From positions 23,002,001 through 23,066,000 of the forward strand of contig OX597830.1 of assembly GCA_951406725.2 (NCBI GenBank): 64,000 nucleotides of DNA. Reading direction: 5' to 3'. The stretch comes from Octopus vulgaris. Lineage: Eukaryota. The notes below the pieces were generated by a model. The model worked only from the letters and a program-made list of their open reading frames with translations. It made no database searches and was not told where the DNA came from. Shown here one piece after another: positions 1 to 11,311 of the stretch; the stretch's first letter is position 1, and every line of letters begins with the position of its first letter. Both the position numbers and the translations under genes were made by a program.

Positions 1-245
1 ACAAGACACTTTATTTCACATTGCTCCAGTTCACTCATCTGTAGAAATAAGTTGTGTTGTCATTAGTGCCAAGCTGTATCAACCTTTGTCTTTCCTTTGG
101 ATAAACATTGGTGGCATGGAGAGGAGAGGCTGACATGCATGGGGAACTGCTGGTCTTCCATAAACAACCATGTCCGGACTTGTGCCTCAGAGGAGAACTT
201 TCTAGGTGCAATTTCATGGTCATTCATGACTGAAGGGGGTCTGTT
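1..245 (+). mobile_element. tRNA-head SINE group C, tail type 1 (cut by window edge)
   Basis: Core caagacactttatttcacattgctccagt plus tail gccaagctgtatc...ctaggtgcaat...catggtcattcatgac. Homologous to 9000-9315(-), 31710-31915(+) and 45708-46030(+). Confidence 0.75.
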
Positions 246-254
246 TACAACTCT

Positions 255-380
255 CTGAACAGGAACATGAAACTCTGAGTAACAGTTCTGTAATAATTTT
301 GCAGCTTTAATAAAAAGTATATTACTCTGCCTTTGGTATTTGAGTACTATTTTTTCCACCTTGTTTTGCACTCATGTGCT
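255..380 (+). mobile_element. Dispersed repeat, probable Penelope-like terminal remnant
   Basis: gaaactctgagtaacag...ggtatttgagtact...ttccaccttgttt is shared with 13515-13625. Confidence 0.4.
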
Positions 381-1159
381 AACCAGTGTGTGTGTGTTGA
401 TGTGTGTGTCTTTGTACCTCATCATTTGACTACTGGTGTTGGTTTGTTTATGGTCCTGAAACTTAGCAGTTCAGCAAAAGGGGAACAATACAATAAGTAC
501 CGAACTTTAAAAAATAAATACTAGTTTCGATCTGTTTGACTGAAACCCTTCAAGGTGGTGCTCCAGTATGGCTGCATTTCCAATGATTGAAACGGTTAAG
601 AGATAAGAAACAAGATAAAAGCAAAACGGAACAGAACAAATGAAAGCATGCTGAAGCATTAATCATCATCATTTAATCGCAGTTGGAGATGGTTGAAATT
701 CTCCTCCCCTCCTCCTCTTCCTTCCCGCCTCCTCATCCCATTATGGCTATTGTGGTCACATGGTCAAGTGATTAGCCCTAGCCACCAGCAGGAATTGACT
801 CCCTAGATGAATGGAATTTGAACCCTGAACATATAAGAACCAGAAAGGATACAAGTCAAATAAAATATCCTCCGATGCTCTGACATTTCCACTGATCTAC
901 GCACCTCCTCTTCTCCACCTCCACCCATCCTCTCCACCTCCACCCCTCCTCTCTACCCCTCCTCTCTACCCCTCCTCTCCACCATTCCATCTGGACTATC
1001 ATAGTTGTGGTGGTGGTAGTAATAGTAGTAAAGTAGTAGCAGCAACAGTAGTAGTACTAGTAGCAGCAGCAGTAGCAACCCAGAAGTGACAAAAATGAAA
1101 AAGAGGAAGCACAAGAGAAATGGAAAAAATTCTAAACTTTCTAGTTGACATCTTTTAAC

Positions 1160-2245
1160 AAGCATTCATAGAAATGCAAGCAAAGATATTTAATAACACA
1201 GAAAAAGAATCAAAAACAGCAGATGACTGGTTCCCATTGAAAGGAAAACCGTTTTAACCCTCAAGACTATAGAAACATTCACCCTTAAAACCTACAGACC
1301 CATAACCAGCTTACAAAGCCTTAGCTGCAATAATATTGCAGAAGATAAATGTAAAAAATATCTTGGTAAAAAAATAGGAGAAAATAGAGACAGTTTATTT
1401 CCAGAAGACCAAAAGGAATGCTAATGGTGCAGAGAGCAATTGCTGGCCAATAAAATGATAACAAAAGACTGTAAAAGGAGAAAAGGAGGTCTGAGCATGG
1501 ATTGATTTGCAGAAAGGTTTTTGATAGTGATACCCACACATGGATCTGGGAACATAAATCATAAGTAGGTGAGCATAAATAATAAACAAGAACACTACTA
1601 AATGGAAAAGAATTCTACAGATACATACTAAAGAAGGATTTAAAATTAACACCATCTGTATTAAAAGAGAACTGTTGCAAGAGGATTCCACTCTCCGTTT
1701 TTTCCCCTGCCTCATTAACACCTTTAGTAGAAACATAAATGTTATATGAAGTAAAATATTGTATATTGGTGACCTCTAAGTTTACTCTGCAGATGATAAA
1801 CAACTAGAAACACTGCTGCTGATTGTGCACAGAGTTACTAGAAGAATAGAAACGAGATTCAGATTATTAAAATTTGACAAGTTAACCGTGAATAAAATAA
1901 AATAAAGGACATTCATGTAATGTTATGTAAAGGAGTAGAGATAAATGGATGAGATAAAACACAGAGTTAATGACCTAGAAAAAGTAAAATACGCACAATT
2001 GAAAGAAAAGGTTAGGAAGGAATATTATAAATCTATTAATTTAGTACTTAAAACAATGTTAAAAGAATAAGGTAGAAGGCACCAATATTCTGTCTGCATT
2101 AGTAATGAAGGACATTATACATACACACATAACAAATTCAGTGCTTTCAGACACTGGAAATTGGGCCGGGATTATGAAAAGCCCTCAAAAAATAGATGAT
2201 ACAAACAAGATCTTCTCAGAAAACATCAAAGAGACTAATGTTCAA
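1160..2245 (+). mobile_element. Decayed R4/Dong-clade LINE reverse transcriptase fragment
   Basis: Frameshifted motifs YRPIT, FPEDQKEC..CREQLLANKMITKDCKRRK, IKRELLQ, LYSADDKQLETLL match the R4/Dong RT pattern (GCKDQLLINKMI...DDLKLY). Many stops. Confidence 0.65.
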
Positions 2246-2348
2246 GGACAATGGCTCTCAACCATTTTTTGCCTATGGACCCTTTTGATTCATAATTTAC
2301 TTGACTGGACCCTCATAACTTTTCCATGTTCAAAAAATCCTATAGTAA

Positions 2349-2758
2349 GCGTAGGGGTGGCTGTGTGGTAAGTAGCTTACTTACCAACCGCATGGTTCCG
2401 GGTTCAATCCCACTGTGTGGTACCTTGGGCCAGTGTCTTCTACTATAGCATCGAACTGACCAAAGCCTTGTAAGTGAATTTGGTAGATGGAAACTGAAAG
2501 AAGCCTGTCGTATATATGTATATATATGTGTGTGTGTATGTTTGTGTGTCTGTGTTTGTCCCCCCAACATCGCTTGACAACCGATGCTGGTGAGTTTATG
2601 TCCCCATAACTTAGCAGTTTGGCAAAAGAAACTGATAGAGTAAGTACTAGGCTTACAAAGAATAAGTCCCGGGGTCTATTTGCTCGACTAAAGGCAGTGC
2701 TCCAGCATGGCCACAGTCAAATGACTGAAACAAATAAAAGAGTAACGAGTAAAGAGTA
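2349..2758 (+). mobile_element. Full-length tRNA-derived SINE, group A (central TA/TG microsatellite)
   Basis: A-box-like tggctgtgtggtaag, B-box ggttcaatccc, body ccttggg...aagccttgt...ggaaactgaaagaagcc, tail ccagcatggccacagtcaaatgactgaaaca..taaaagag. About 20 copies in the window. Confidence 0.9.
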
Positions 2759-3017
2759 TTTATATAATTAAATACTATTAGGAATTGTATTTAAAAAATT
2801 GTTAAAATATTTTGTGTATCTTAGAAACATAACCAATATTTTACACAGAAATTTTAGCAACAAAATGTTATGTGAACTCCCAGGGGTCATGGTATGCTAA
2901 CAATCCTGCCAGCTCATTGCCTTAACAATAATAATAAGAAGAAGAAGAAAAGGAGAAGATGAAGGGAAGGAGAAAGAAGAGAAGTTGGAAATAAGCAAAC
3001 AATTTGTGCCAACTTAC

Positions 3018-3185
3018 CTCCAAGTCCGGTGCTAAACACCCTCATAGCAAGGAAACCTCCACATGTTTCCGTGCTGTTCTGTGGACAGTGATTTGAACAA
3101 TGAATATCTGCTAAGAGACCATATTTGCCATATTCGTCCCCACACCAGCATTCTTTCGTATACTGTACTCCAGCATATTGAAAAC
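3018..3185 (-). CDS. oxt: Internal coding exon (168 nt, phase 1-1): C-terminal half of the WSC domain, probably xylosyltransferase
   Basis: tttatttatttcAG | exon | GTaagt. Frame GFQYAGVQYTKECWCGDEYGKYGLLADIHCSNHCPQNSTETCGGFLAMRVFSTGLG splices in frame to the 9857-9985 exon (G|GT = Gly), giving all 8 WSC cysteines. CGGFxAMxVFxTG resembles the oxt WSC C-terminus. Confidence 0.85.
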
Positions 3186-3401
3186 CTGAAATAAATAAAG
3201 CATCAAAGAATCAAGATATTTTGGGATTATTTTTGGGTTTTCGTGATCAGTATGTGCTCCAGCATGGCCTTAACCAAATGTCTGGCATCCTTTCTGTTAA
3301 ATAAACATTGGTGGCATGGATAAAAGGGGACTTGCATGCATGGATGAATTCCAATCTTTTCTTCAAAAGATCTTATACACACACACACACATATATACAT
3401 A

Positions 3402-3872
3402 CAGGGTGCATAAGATATTTGAGGACAGATTTATGTTTATTAAAAAAAATCATATAATAACACATAATAAATTTATCCAAAAATGCTGAGGATTTTTTTT
3501 CTATAATGTGATTCAATAAAGCCACCTTCAGCTTCAACCGCTTCTAAATGAGATCTAAATCATCTACATGCTCGAATCAAGTGGTCTTGGTTCATTTTGG
3601 ACATTACTCTGACTATGACAGCTTTCAAAGAATCTTTGGTGTTATGGGCATGTTCATTGACCTCTCTCTCAACAACACTCCACATGTAGTAGTCCAACAG
3701 ATTGAGATCTGGGGAATTAGGAGGCCAAATGTTAGGAGTTATGTGATCATGAAAATTTTCAGCCATCCATTCCTGAGTTACTAGAGCCATGTGTGTTAGT
3801 GCAGAGTCTTACTGAAATACATATGGCCTTCCATTGCATACACTGTCTATCCAGGGCTTAACAAGCATCCTG
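3402..3872 (-). mobile_element. Tc1/mariner-superfamily DD37D (maT-like) transposase 3' remnant with one terminus
   Basis: GRPYVFQ*DSALTH...WPPNSPDLNLLDYYMW with 37 residues between the last two catalytic Asp and a premature stop. TA|CAGGGTG end at 3400-3408. Confidence 0.8.
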
Positions 3873-4377
3873 TATCTATATCATCATCATCATTGTTTAA
3901 TATTCATGGTTTGCTAGGAGCTGGTCAGGAAGAAGACTACACCAGTCTTCTGTGTTTGTTTTGGCATGATTTTTTTGCAGCTGGATGCCCTTCCTAACAT
4001 GACCCAGCCAGCAGAGTGGACTGAGTGCTTTTTACGTGGCACCAGCACAGGCAAGATCAGTTTTGGTATGATTTTTACAGCTGGATGCCCTTCTGAATGC
4101 TAAACACTTCACAATGTGGACTGGATGCTTTTAACGTGGCACCAGCGCTGGCAGGGTTGCCAAGTAACTTGCAAGACAGGGAATCTTTGAAAGAGTAGTG
4201 GGGGGGGGGGGGGCATTAGAGGCGGTGATCTTGTATCAGATGATGAAAGGTTAGAGTGTGAAGAGAGACACACAAGCAGAAAAAGGTGTCTTGTCATAGA
4301 GGAGGTACGTGTGTGGCTGTGTGAGTGTATGTATGTGTGTGTGTGTGTGTGTCTGTGTGTATACATGTATGTATGTG

Positions 4378-4685
4378 TGGCACATAAAAAACACCATTTG
4401 AATGTGGCTGATGCAAGTACCCCCTGATTGGCTCCCACACCGGTGGTATGTAAAAAGCAACATCCGAGCATGGCCAATGCCAGTACACCCTGACTGGCTC
4501 CCATGCTGGTGGCACATAAAAAGCACCCACTACACTCTCGGAGTGGTTGGTGTGAAGAAGGGTATACAGCTGTAGAAACATTGCCAGATCAGATTGGAGT
4601 CTAGTGCAGCCTCCTGGCTCTCCAGCCCTCAGCCAAACCATCCAACCCATGCCAACATGGAAATTGGACATTAAATGATGATGAT
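4378..4685 (+). mobile_element. RTE LINE 3'-UTR copy with (GAT)n tail
   Basis: ggcacataaaaagcacccactacactc...gaagggtatacagctgtagaaac...ggacattaaatgatgatg. An oppositely oriented copy lies at 3878-4260. Confidence 0.7.
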
Positions 4686-4696
4686 TATATATATAA

Positions 4697-4739
<43 letters not shown>

Positions 4740-5237
4740 CACACACACACACATATATGTATATGTGTGTGTATAGTGCAGGAATGAGTGTGTAGTTAAG
4801 AAGCTTTTTTGCAACCATATGGTTTGGATTTAGTCTCACTGTATAAGCACCTTGAGCAAGTCTTTCCTACCACAGTGATAACAGTTTGCAAAAGAGTCTA
4901 ACAGAGTAAGTACCAAGCTTTGAAAAAAATGGAATCTAAGTCCTGGGATTGATTTGTTCGACTAAAATTCTTCAAGATGATACCCCAGCATGGTCACAGT
5001 CTAATGACTGACACAAGTAAAAGACAAGCAATAAAGGTAATTGTAAGTTTGGTAAGGTCTAATAAAATAATTAAAAGACTAAATAATTAATTTATTTAAT
5101 AAAATAATTAAAAGCAGCAAATTGGCAGAGTTAGATGTGGAACGACTTGCAGTATTTGCTCTGACTCTCAGCACCCTGAGATGAAACTGGTATGAAAACA
5201 GTTAATTTATATGAATTTTGAGCTATTTTTCTCTTAA

Positions 5238-5666
5238 GCCTTTATCATTTAAACTGACCTTATCTGGTCCAAATAACCTACATGCTTTATGTTCAAACTG
5301 GCCAGATCTGACCTTTCACACTTCCCTTACAATGTCATCCAAAAAATATACAATCATGTTGTCGCTCTCTGACAGGTTTATAATTGAGTCTATGACAGGT
5401 AAGACCTCTGGCATTCTTGGTCCCCAGGACCATATCCCTGCTCACTACGATCGGGGCAGAGATTGTTGTCTGCAAGTGTGAGCCCTGTGAATCAGAGTGG
5501 CTGTTCCAGCACAACTCTTTCGCTATCCTCCAGAGCAATGCTTTTACCATTTCATCTGCTGGTGCCATGAGAAATGTTTCTATATTGTGAGAAGCAAGAG
5601 TCTTAATTCAAAACAGTATGAATAAATAAGCATATCATTTGACAGAGTAATCTGAATGCTAGAGGG
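5238..5666 (-). mobile_element. piggyBac-like MITE (TTAA-flanked, CCCTTTAGCATT-type ends) interrupted by a LINE fragment
   Basis: Homologous to 33541-34215, 36422-36654, ~44400-44610 and ~46515-46710. Confidence 0.6.
5358..5590 (+). mobile_element. CRE-clade (restriction-like endonuclease) non-LTR retrotransposon C-terminal fragment
   Basis: LSDRFIIESMTGKTSGILGP / frameshift / RTISLLTTIGAEIVVCKCEPCESEWLFQHNSFAILQSNAFTISSAG resembles the FxPxAxETxGxxG...WLFQRxSxAxxRGNA terminus. Many differences are CpG-type decay. Confidence 0.6.
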
Positions 5667-6059
5667 TTATGAAACCTTCATCCACTCACGGCGGTGAAAT
5701 AGTGTTGTTATGTACTCTTGTTATATCTGTTATTTCATTAATCTCTAATGCTATCGTACCACCTGCTAGTTATACACATCTCAGATTTAACTTTGATTTA
5801 AATCAAGTCATTTCCAAAAGTTTACCATAATCTTCTGATTAGTGATGGAAGTGTGGAAGGAAAGCAGAGAAAGATATAAAGAAAGCGTAGGCGTAGGAGT
5901 AGCTGTGTAGGCATAGGAGTGGCTTGCTTACAACCACATGGTTCCGGGTTCAGTCCCACTGCGTGGCACCTTGAGCAAATGTCTTCTGCTATAGCTTAGT
6001 GGTGACCAAAGTCTTGCAAGTCGATTTGAGAAATGGAAACTTAAAAGAAGCCGATTGAA

Positions 6060-6560
6060 TATCATCATCATCATCATTATCATTATCATTAACATTTAAC
6101 ATCCGTTTTCCATGCTGACACAGGTGGATGGCTTGACAGGAGCTGGCAAGGCCAGAGGCCGCACAAGACTCCATAATCTGTTTTGGCTTGGTTTCTACAG
6201 CTACATGCCCTTCCTAATGCCAACCACTCCATAGTGTGTGCTGGGTGCTTTTAACATGGCACCAGCAAGTACAATATTGCTTTTTACGTGGCCCTGTGGC
6301 TTTAGGATATCAATTCTGTTGTATAGGGCCAATCTTCTTGAGTACAGCAATGTGCCACATACCTCGGTCCTCTGCCATCTTCTTGGTAAGGCTCAGAGCT
6401 TTGAGGATGGCCTTCAACACTTCGTCCCATGTCTTCCTGAGCCATCCTCTTCCACAACTTCCCTCCACTTTAAGTGATCAGCACTTCTCTATGCAACTGT
6501 CCTCATCCATCCGCATCACATGACCAAACCAGCACAGTCTCCTCTCTTGCACACTGCACA
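6060..6560 (-). mobile_element. RTE-clade LINE 3' end (ORF C-terminus, 3'-UTR, (GAT)n tail)
   Basis: LCWFGHVMRMDEDSCIEKC*SLKVEGSCGRGWLRKTWDEVLK...DRGMWHIAVLKK then the common 3'-UTR. Similar ORF-bearing copies at 20405-20640, 25175-25570 and 46718-47162. It abuts the 5' half of a group A SINE (5888-6058). Confidence 0.8.
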
Positions 6561-6654
6561 TATATATAGAAGTGTGTGTGTGTGTGTGTATATGTATGCA
6601 TGTGTGTGTTTGTATCTCCCATATCTTCACATTGTTTAATATTCGTAAATGAGC

Positions 6655-6880
6655 TTCAGATGGTGAGCTGGCAGAATGGTTAGCATCTTAGGCAAAATGC
6701 TTGGTGGTGTTTTGTCCGGCTTTACGTCTTGAGTTCAAATCCCGCTGTGGTTGACTTTGCCTTTCATCCTTTCAGGTTCAATAAAATAAGTACCAGTTAA
6801 ATACTGGGGGTTAGTGTAATCAACTTACCCCATTCCCCGGCGAAACTCCTGGCCTTGAGTCAAAAATAGAAACTAAATTT
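6655..6880 (+). mobile_element. tRNA-derived SINE group B
   Basis: ggtgagctggcagaatggttagc...gagttcaaatccc...gactttgcctttcatcctttc...taagtaccag. Confidence 0.8.
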
Positions 6881-7118
6881 GTAAACGAGAACCACCGAAA
6901 CAAGTGATGCCATTCATTTCCAGTCGTCTGGGAAATATACCACCTTGCTTGGAAATGGGTCAGGGTTGCTGACAGGAAGGGCATCCAGCTTCTAGAAATT
7001 CTGTCTGACTAATGCAAGCATGGAAAAGTGGATGATAAATGTGTGTACATATAAAGAGTAGATGGCACTTTTTCCATTAAGCATACATAACACACATATA
7101 TAGCTTAAATATTGTATA

Positions 7119-7711
7119 CAGTTGCGGCCAAAATGTTCAGAACGGCATTGTTTTCATCAGAAAAGTAGGTATAAGGTAGTCATGAACTTCCTCAAGGCTG
7201 AAAAGGTTATTGTTATGGATTGGCCTGATCAAAGCCCAGATCTCAATCCTATTGAAAATGTGTGGAATATTCTAGGAGAACGTTCGAAAGCCAGAAATCC
7301 TAAATCAACCGAGCAATTATGGAATGCCCTTCAGGAAGAATGGAATAAGATCACCCAGCAAGAAATTGAAAATTTAATTTCCTCATGCAGTCGAAGATGT
7401 CAAAGTGTGATTGAAGCTAAAGGGCTTCACACTAAATATTAAATAATTCCAGTATTCTCTGTCATTTTTGATTATTTTGCTATTTTTTCAACCGTTCTGA
7501 TCATTTTGGCTGCCATAGGTTTTGCAGTAAATCACTAAATCATCCATAACTTTTGTATTATCCTTTCAAATTACACTAAAATCTCAGACAATAACAATTA
7601 ATATCGTATTTATTGTCTGTGAAAATTATAGAATATAAAACAACTTTGATAAAAATTATACCTACTTTTCTGACAAAAACAATGCCATTCTGAACATTTC
7701 GGCCGCAACTG
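7119..7711 (+). mobile_element. Internally deleted Tc1-like transposon with ~57-bp TIRs and TA target duplication
   Basis: TA|CAGTTGCGGCCAAAATGTTCAGAA... and ...TTCTGAACATTTCGGCCGCAACTG|TA. Retains an intact transposase C-terminus WPDQSPDLNPIENVW...RRCQSVIEAKGLHTKY. Confidence 0.92.
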
Positions 7712-7896
7712 TAGGTCTCTCTCTCTCTCTTTCTCACACATACACAAACACACACATCATTTAATACCCATGTTCCATGCAGGTAGAGGTTGGATAGTTT
7801 GACAAGATCTGAATGGCCCAAGGACTGCATTGCCATCCAGTGTCTGCTTTGGCATGGTTTCTGTGGCTGGATATGTATTCATATACTTCTGTGTGT

Positions 7897-7944
<48 letters not shown>

Positions 7945-8999
7945 GTATGTGTCTGTATGCATGTGTGTGTCTGTGTGTATGTTTGTGTGTATTTATACAC
8001 GTTTATATAAATTCTTCTCACATGGTATTAGTCAAACCAGATGCTATGGTAGTAACCCTTGTTTAAAGTGTGTACAGGAAGAACAAACTGGGAACCACAC
8101 AGCCTTGTTAGCATCCTAAATACGTAACAGGTTTTATATTTCATCAATCCCAGAAAGATAAAACATAAATAGAGATGATGTCAGGAAAATTTTCCCTGAA
8201 TATACGTTTGACTGTAATAAAATACCTCAGCTTTGTATGTTTGATGCTCTAACAATGCAGCTAATCCTAATAATCACATATTATTTATTACTTCTTTAGA
8301 AAATCGGAATACCTCTATTGTTTTTATAGGAAAAGGTTGCAGAGGGGATGGGCACCGCAGGATGAATAAAAGAGACACAGGATACAACAGTAACATCAGA
8401 CACCATTATATGAATTGTTGGTATAGGTTTACATTGGGTTTCTTTCTTCTGGTTGACTGAGCACACAACAAACATTGTCGTTTCTTTGTCGCCCTTGTTA
8501 TCATCAAAAGCATTATGGCCATTATCAACAACAGTATCATCATCATAATCATCAACATCATCATTTTATCTTTTACACTTTGCTCGTTTTAATCACTGAA
8601 TTGTAGCTGTGCTGGGGCAGTTGGACAAATCAACCTCAGTGCTGATGTTTTATGATTGGAGCTTATTCTATTGGTTTTTGTTTGCTGAACTGCTAAGTTA
8701 CGAGTATGTGAACAAACCAACATCAGTTATTAACCAGTGAAGGTGCAAAGAAGAACACACACACACACACACACACATTAATACAAAAAGATGGAATGAA
8801 CATGTTTTAATTACAAATTACATTTGTTTCTGTGCTGTGCTGAGTTTTCAGTCTCATACCATTACATAAATTATTTTATAAATAATTACGTAAATTAATC
8901 ATACACCAACACCTTGCATACTGGCACTTCATCAGGCACGTTGCTTTTAAAGCACTGCTGTATCACTTTCAATTCCCCACTTTTTATATGTCTATAAAG

Positions 9000-9315
9000 G
9001 GTAAAAACCCCCTTCAATGATGAATGACCATGAGTTGCACCTTGAAAGTTTTTTTCTGAGGCACAAGTCCGGGCAAGGTTGTTTATGGACGGCCAGCAGT
9101 CACCCATGCATACCAGCCTCCCCTCTCCACACCACTGATGTTATCCAAGGGAAAGGCAAAAGGGCCGATACAGCTTGGCACCAGTGACATCGCAACTCAT
9201 TTCTACAGATGAGTGAACTGGAGCAACCTCAAACAAAGTGTCTTGCTCAGGAACACAACACACAGCCCGGTCGTGATTGTGAGCCCGACCATCTAACCAG
9301 AGTCATGCACCTTCA
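9000..9315 (-). mobile_element. SINE group C, tail type 1
   Basis: Reverse complement of the 1-245 / 45708-46030 element. Confidence 0.75.
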
Positions 9316-9856
9316 CATATATATGTCTATATATATTATACATATTGACGTAAATATGTATATATATGTATGTGTGTATATATATGTATATATATATATA
9401 TATATAAAATGAGATAGGGGTTGAAAAATTCACCCACCATGGGATGTTTTATTGATTTAAGTATGTTTCTCCATTTTCTAATTTTATATATATATATATA
9501 TATATATTATTTATATTATTATATGGTTGAACACCATGCACCCTCTTCCAAGTATGTTTTATCTGAATAATTCTGATGTGCACACTATACGACCTTTTTA
9601 CTCTTTTGTTTTTCTCTGTTTCTCTCTCTTATTCTTTTATTTCACAGGAATACTTATTTTTACCAGCTGAGTGGAGTAGAACAACATGAAATGAAGTGGT
9701 TTTCTTAAGAAAAAAAAAAGTGTTGTCCAGGCCTGGAATCGAAACCATGATCTTATGATGAAGAATCTAACACTCTAACCACTAAGCCATGTATCTCTAC
9801 AGTAATGAGTAGAAGTGATTACAGTCATATAAAAGAAGAATGGTTGTCATAGTTAC

Positions 9857-9985
9857 CGGCTTGTAAGCAGTGAGCAATGCACACAGAAGGTGAGTTGGTT
9901 TCTGGGAAATCCTTATGATGCCCTCCCAGCTCCCTTTTGGCACGGGAGTCCCGGAAACATCCAAAGTACATTCCTGTGTCATTAC
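9857..9985 (-). CDS. oxt: Internal coding exon (129 nt, phase 1-1): N-terminal half of a WSC domain, probably xylosyltransferase (oxt/sqv-6 type)
   Basis: Minus strand reads gctgac...tttttcttcatcttatttgtttcAG | exon | GTaact. Open frame xNDTGMYFGCFRDSRAKRELGGHHKDFPETNSPSVCIAHCLQAG contains the WSC YxGCFxD motif and the NSPxxCxxxCLQxG motif seen in insect oxt. WSC call is strong; gene identity is from motif recall. Confidence 0.8.
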
Positions 9986-10055
9986 CTGAAACAAATAAGA
10001 TGAAGAAAAATTGTCAGCACATGATTAATGATAATATGGAGTTGATCCAGTTGGT

Positions 10056-10086
<31 letters not shown>

Positions 10087-10114
10087 CAGACATATAAATT
10101 CAAACTTATTTTAT

Positions 10115-10525
10115 ATATTCTGTTATTCTTTTACTTGTTTCAGTCATTTGACTGTGGCCATGCTGGGGCACTGCCTTAAAGGCTTTTAGTTGAACAAATC
10201 GACCTCAGGACTTATTCTATCGATCTCTTTTACTGAACTGCTGAGTTACGAGTATCAGTTGTCAAGTGGTGGTGGTGGTGGTGGTGGAGACAAACACAGA
10301 CATAAAGATACATACACACATAAATATATACATAATACATACATATATACATTATATATATATATATATACACATGATGGGTTTCTTTCAGTTTCTGTCT
10401 GCCTAATCCATTCACAAGGTTTTGGTCAGCCCAAGGCTATAGTAGAAGACATTTGCCTAAGGTGCCATACAGTGGGACTGAACCCACAACCATGTGGTTG
10501 GGAAGTAGGCTTCTTACCATACCAA
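10115..10525 (-). mobile_element. SINE group A, about 130 nt from the WSC exon acceptor
   Basis: Starts ttcttttacttgtttcagtcatttgactgtggccatgctgg and ends gggactgaaccc...ccatgtggttgggaag; reverse complement of 2349-2758. Confidence 0.88.
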
Positions 10526-11311
10526 TGCGATTATCATTGTTTAATCTGAGATCAGCTCTGATCCAGTAACTCCAAAATCAAAAACATTTCAGATCTCCCC
10601 TTCTTATATTTTTTGACTTAGTGTATCTAACACACACACACACACACTTTCGCTCTCTCTCTCTTTTCTTTTTATGTGCCATGTCTACAGGTCTTTGCAG
10701 CTGTGGACCTCCATGCCAAAGTCTGAAGATCTGTAAATTTTCTTGGGAAAGATACAGCTACAGCATTAGCTTATCATTGCCTTCCACCAATTCATTTACA
10801 GTTTTCACTGCTGGCTTCTAGTTCTCTCAGCATTACCTTTGAGGCACATGTGAATCAGAACCCCACAGGCAGGAGGACTGGGCCCGTAACTGGAGCCCTT
10901 TATGCTACCACTCTGCACGAGAGTAGTGGCTACTGCAGGGTAACTTCATACTCTCCAAAACACCAAAACTCCTGAGATGGAGCCTCACCACCAGAAGCAG
11001 TTTAACACTTTTTGTTACCAAAATAATGAAGTGTTCAGTAAAATAACTTCGGTGTTTGGAATGTCAATTAACCCGAATTTCTATAATTTAGAAAGGCTAT
11101 AATTTAGATCCTTTTAAAGCAGGATGTTTGTAACATAGAATCAAGGATGGTCTTGGCTAGGTTGGTATCGAAAGCTTTCTCAATAAGTATCTAGCATTAT
11201 ATTATATAGCTCCTCCCTTATTTTTTGAAAATGGTAAGATGTGATTTGGGGGAGATTTTGATTTCTATATTGGGAATCCAACAATAGAGCCAATGGAGTT
11301 ACTACCTTATG

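Larger units (their letters stand above)
3186..9856 (-). other. GT-AG intron (6671 nt) between the two WSC exons
   Basis: Donor GTAACT at 9856-9851 and acceptor TTTCAG ending at 3186 on the minus strand; frames are compatible. Confidence 0.85.

Noticed and set aside
9797-9994. ORF-track 65-aa ORF MFQVMTQECTLD...
   Set aside because: Wrong frame; the real exon uses another frame bounded by splice sites.
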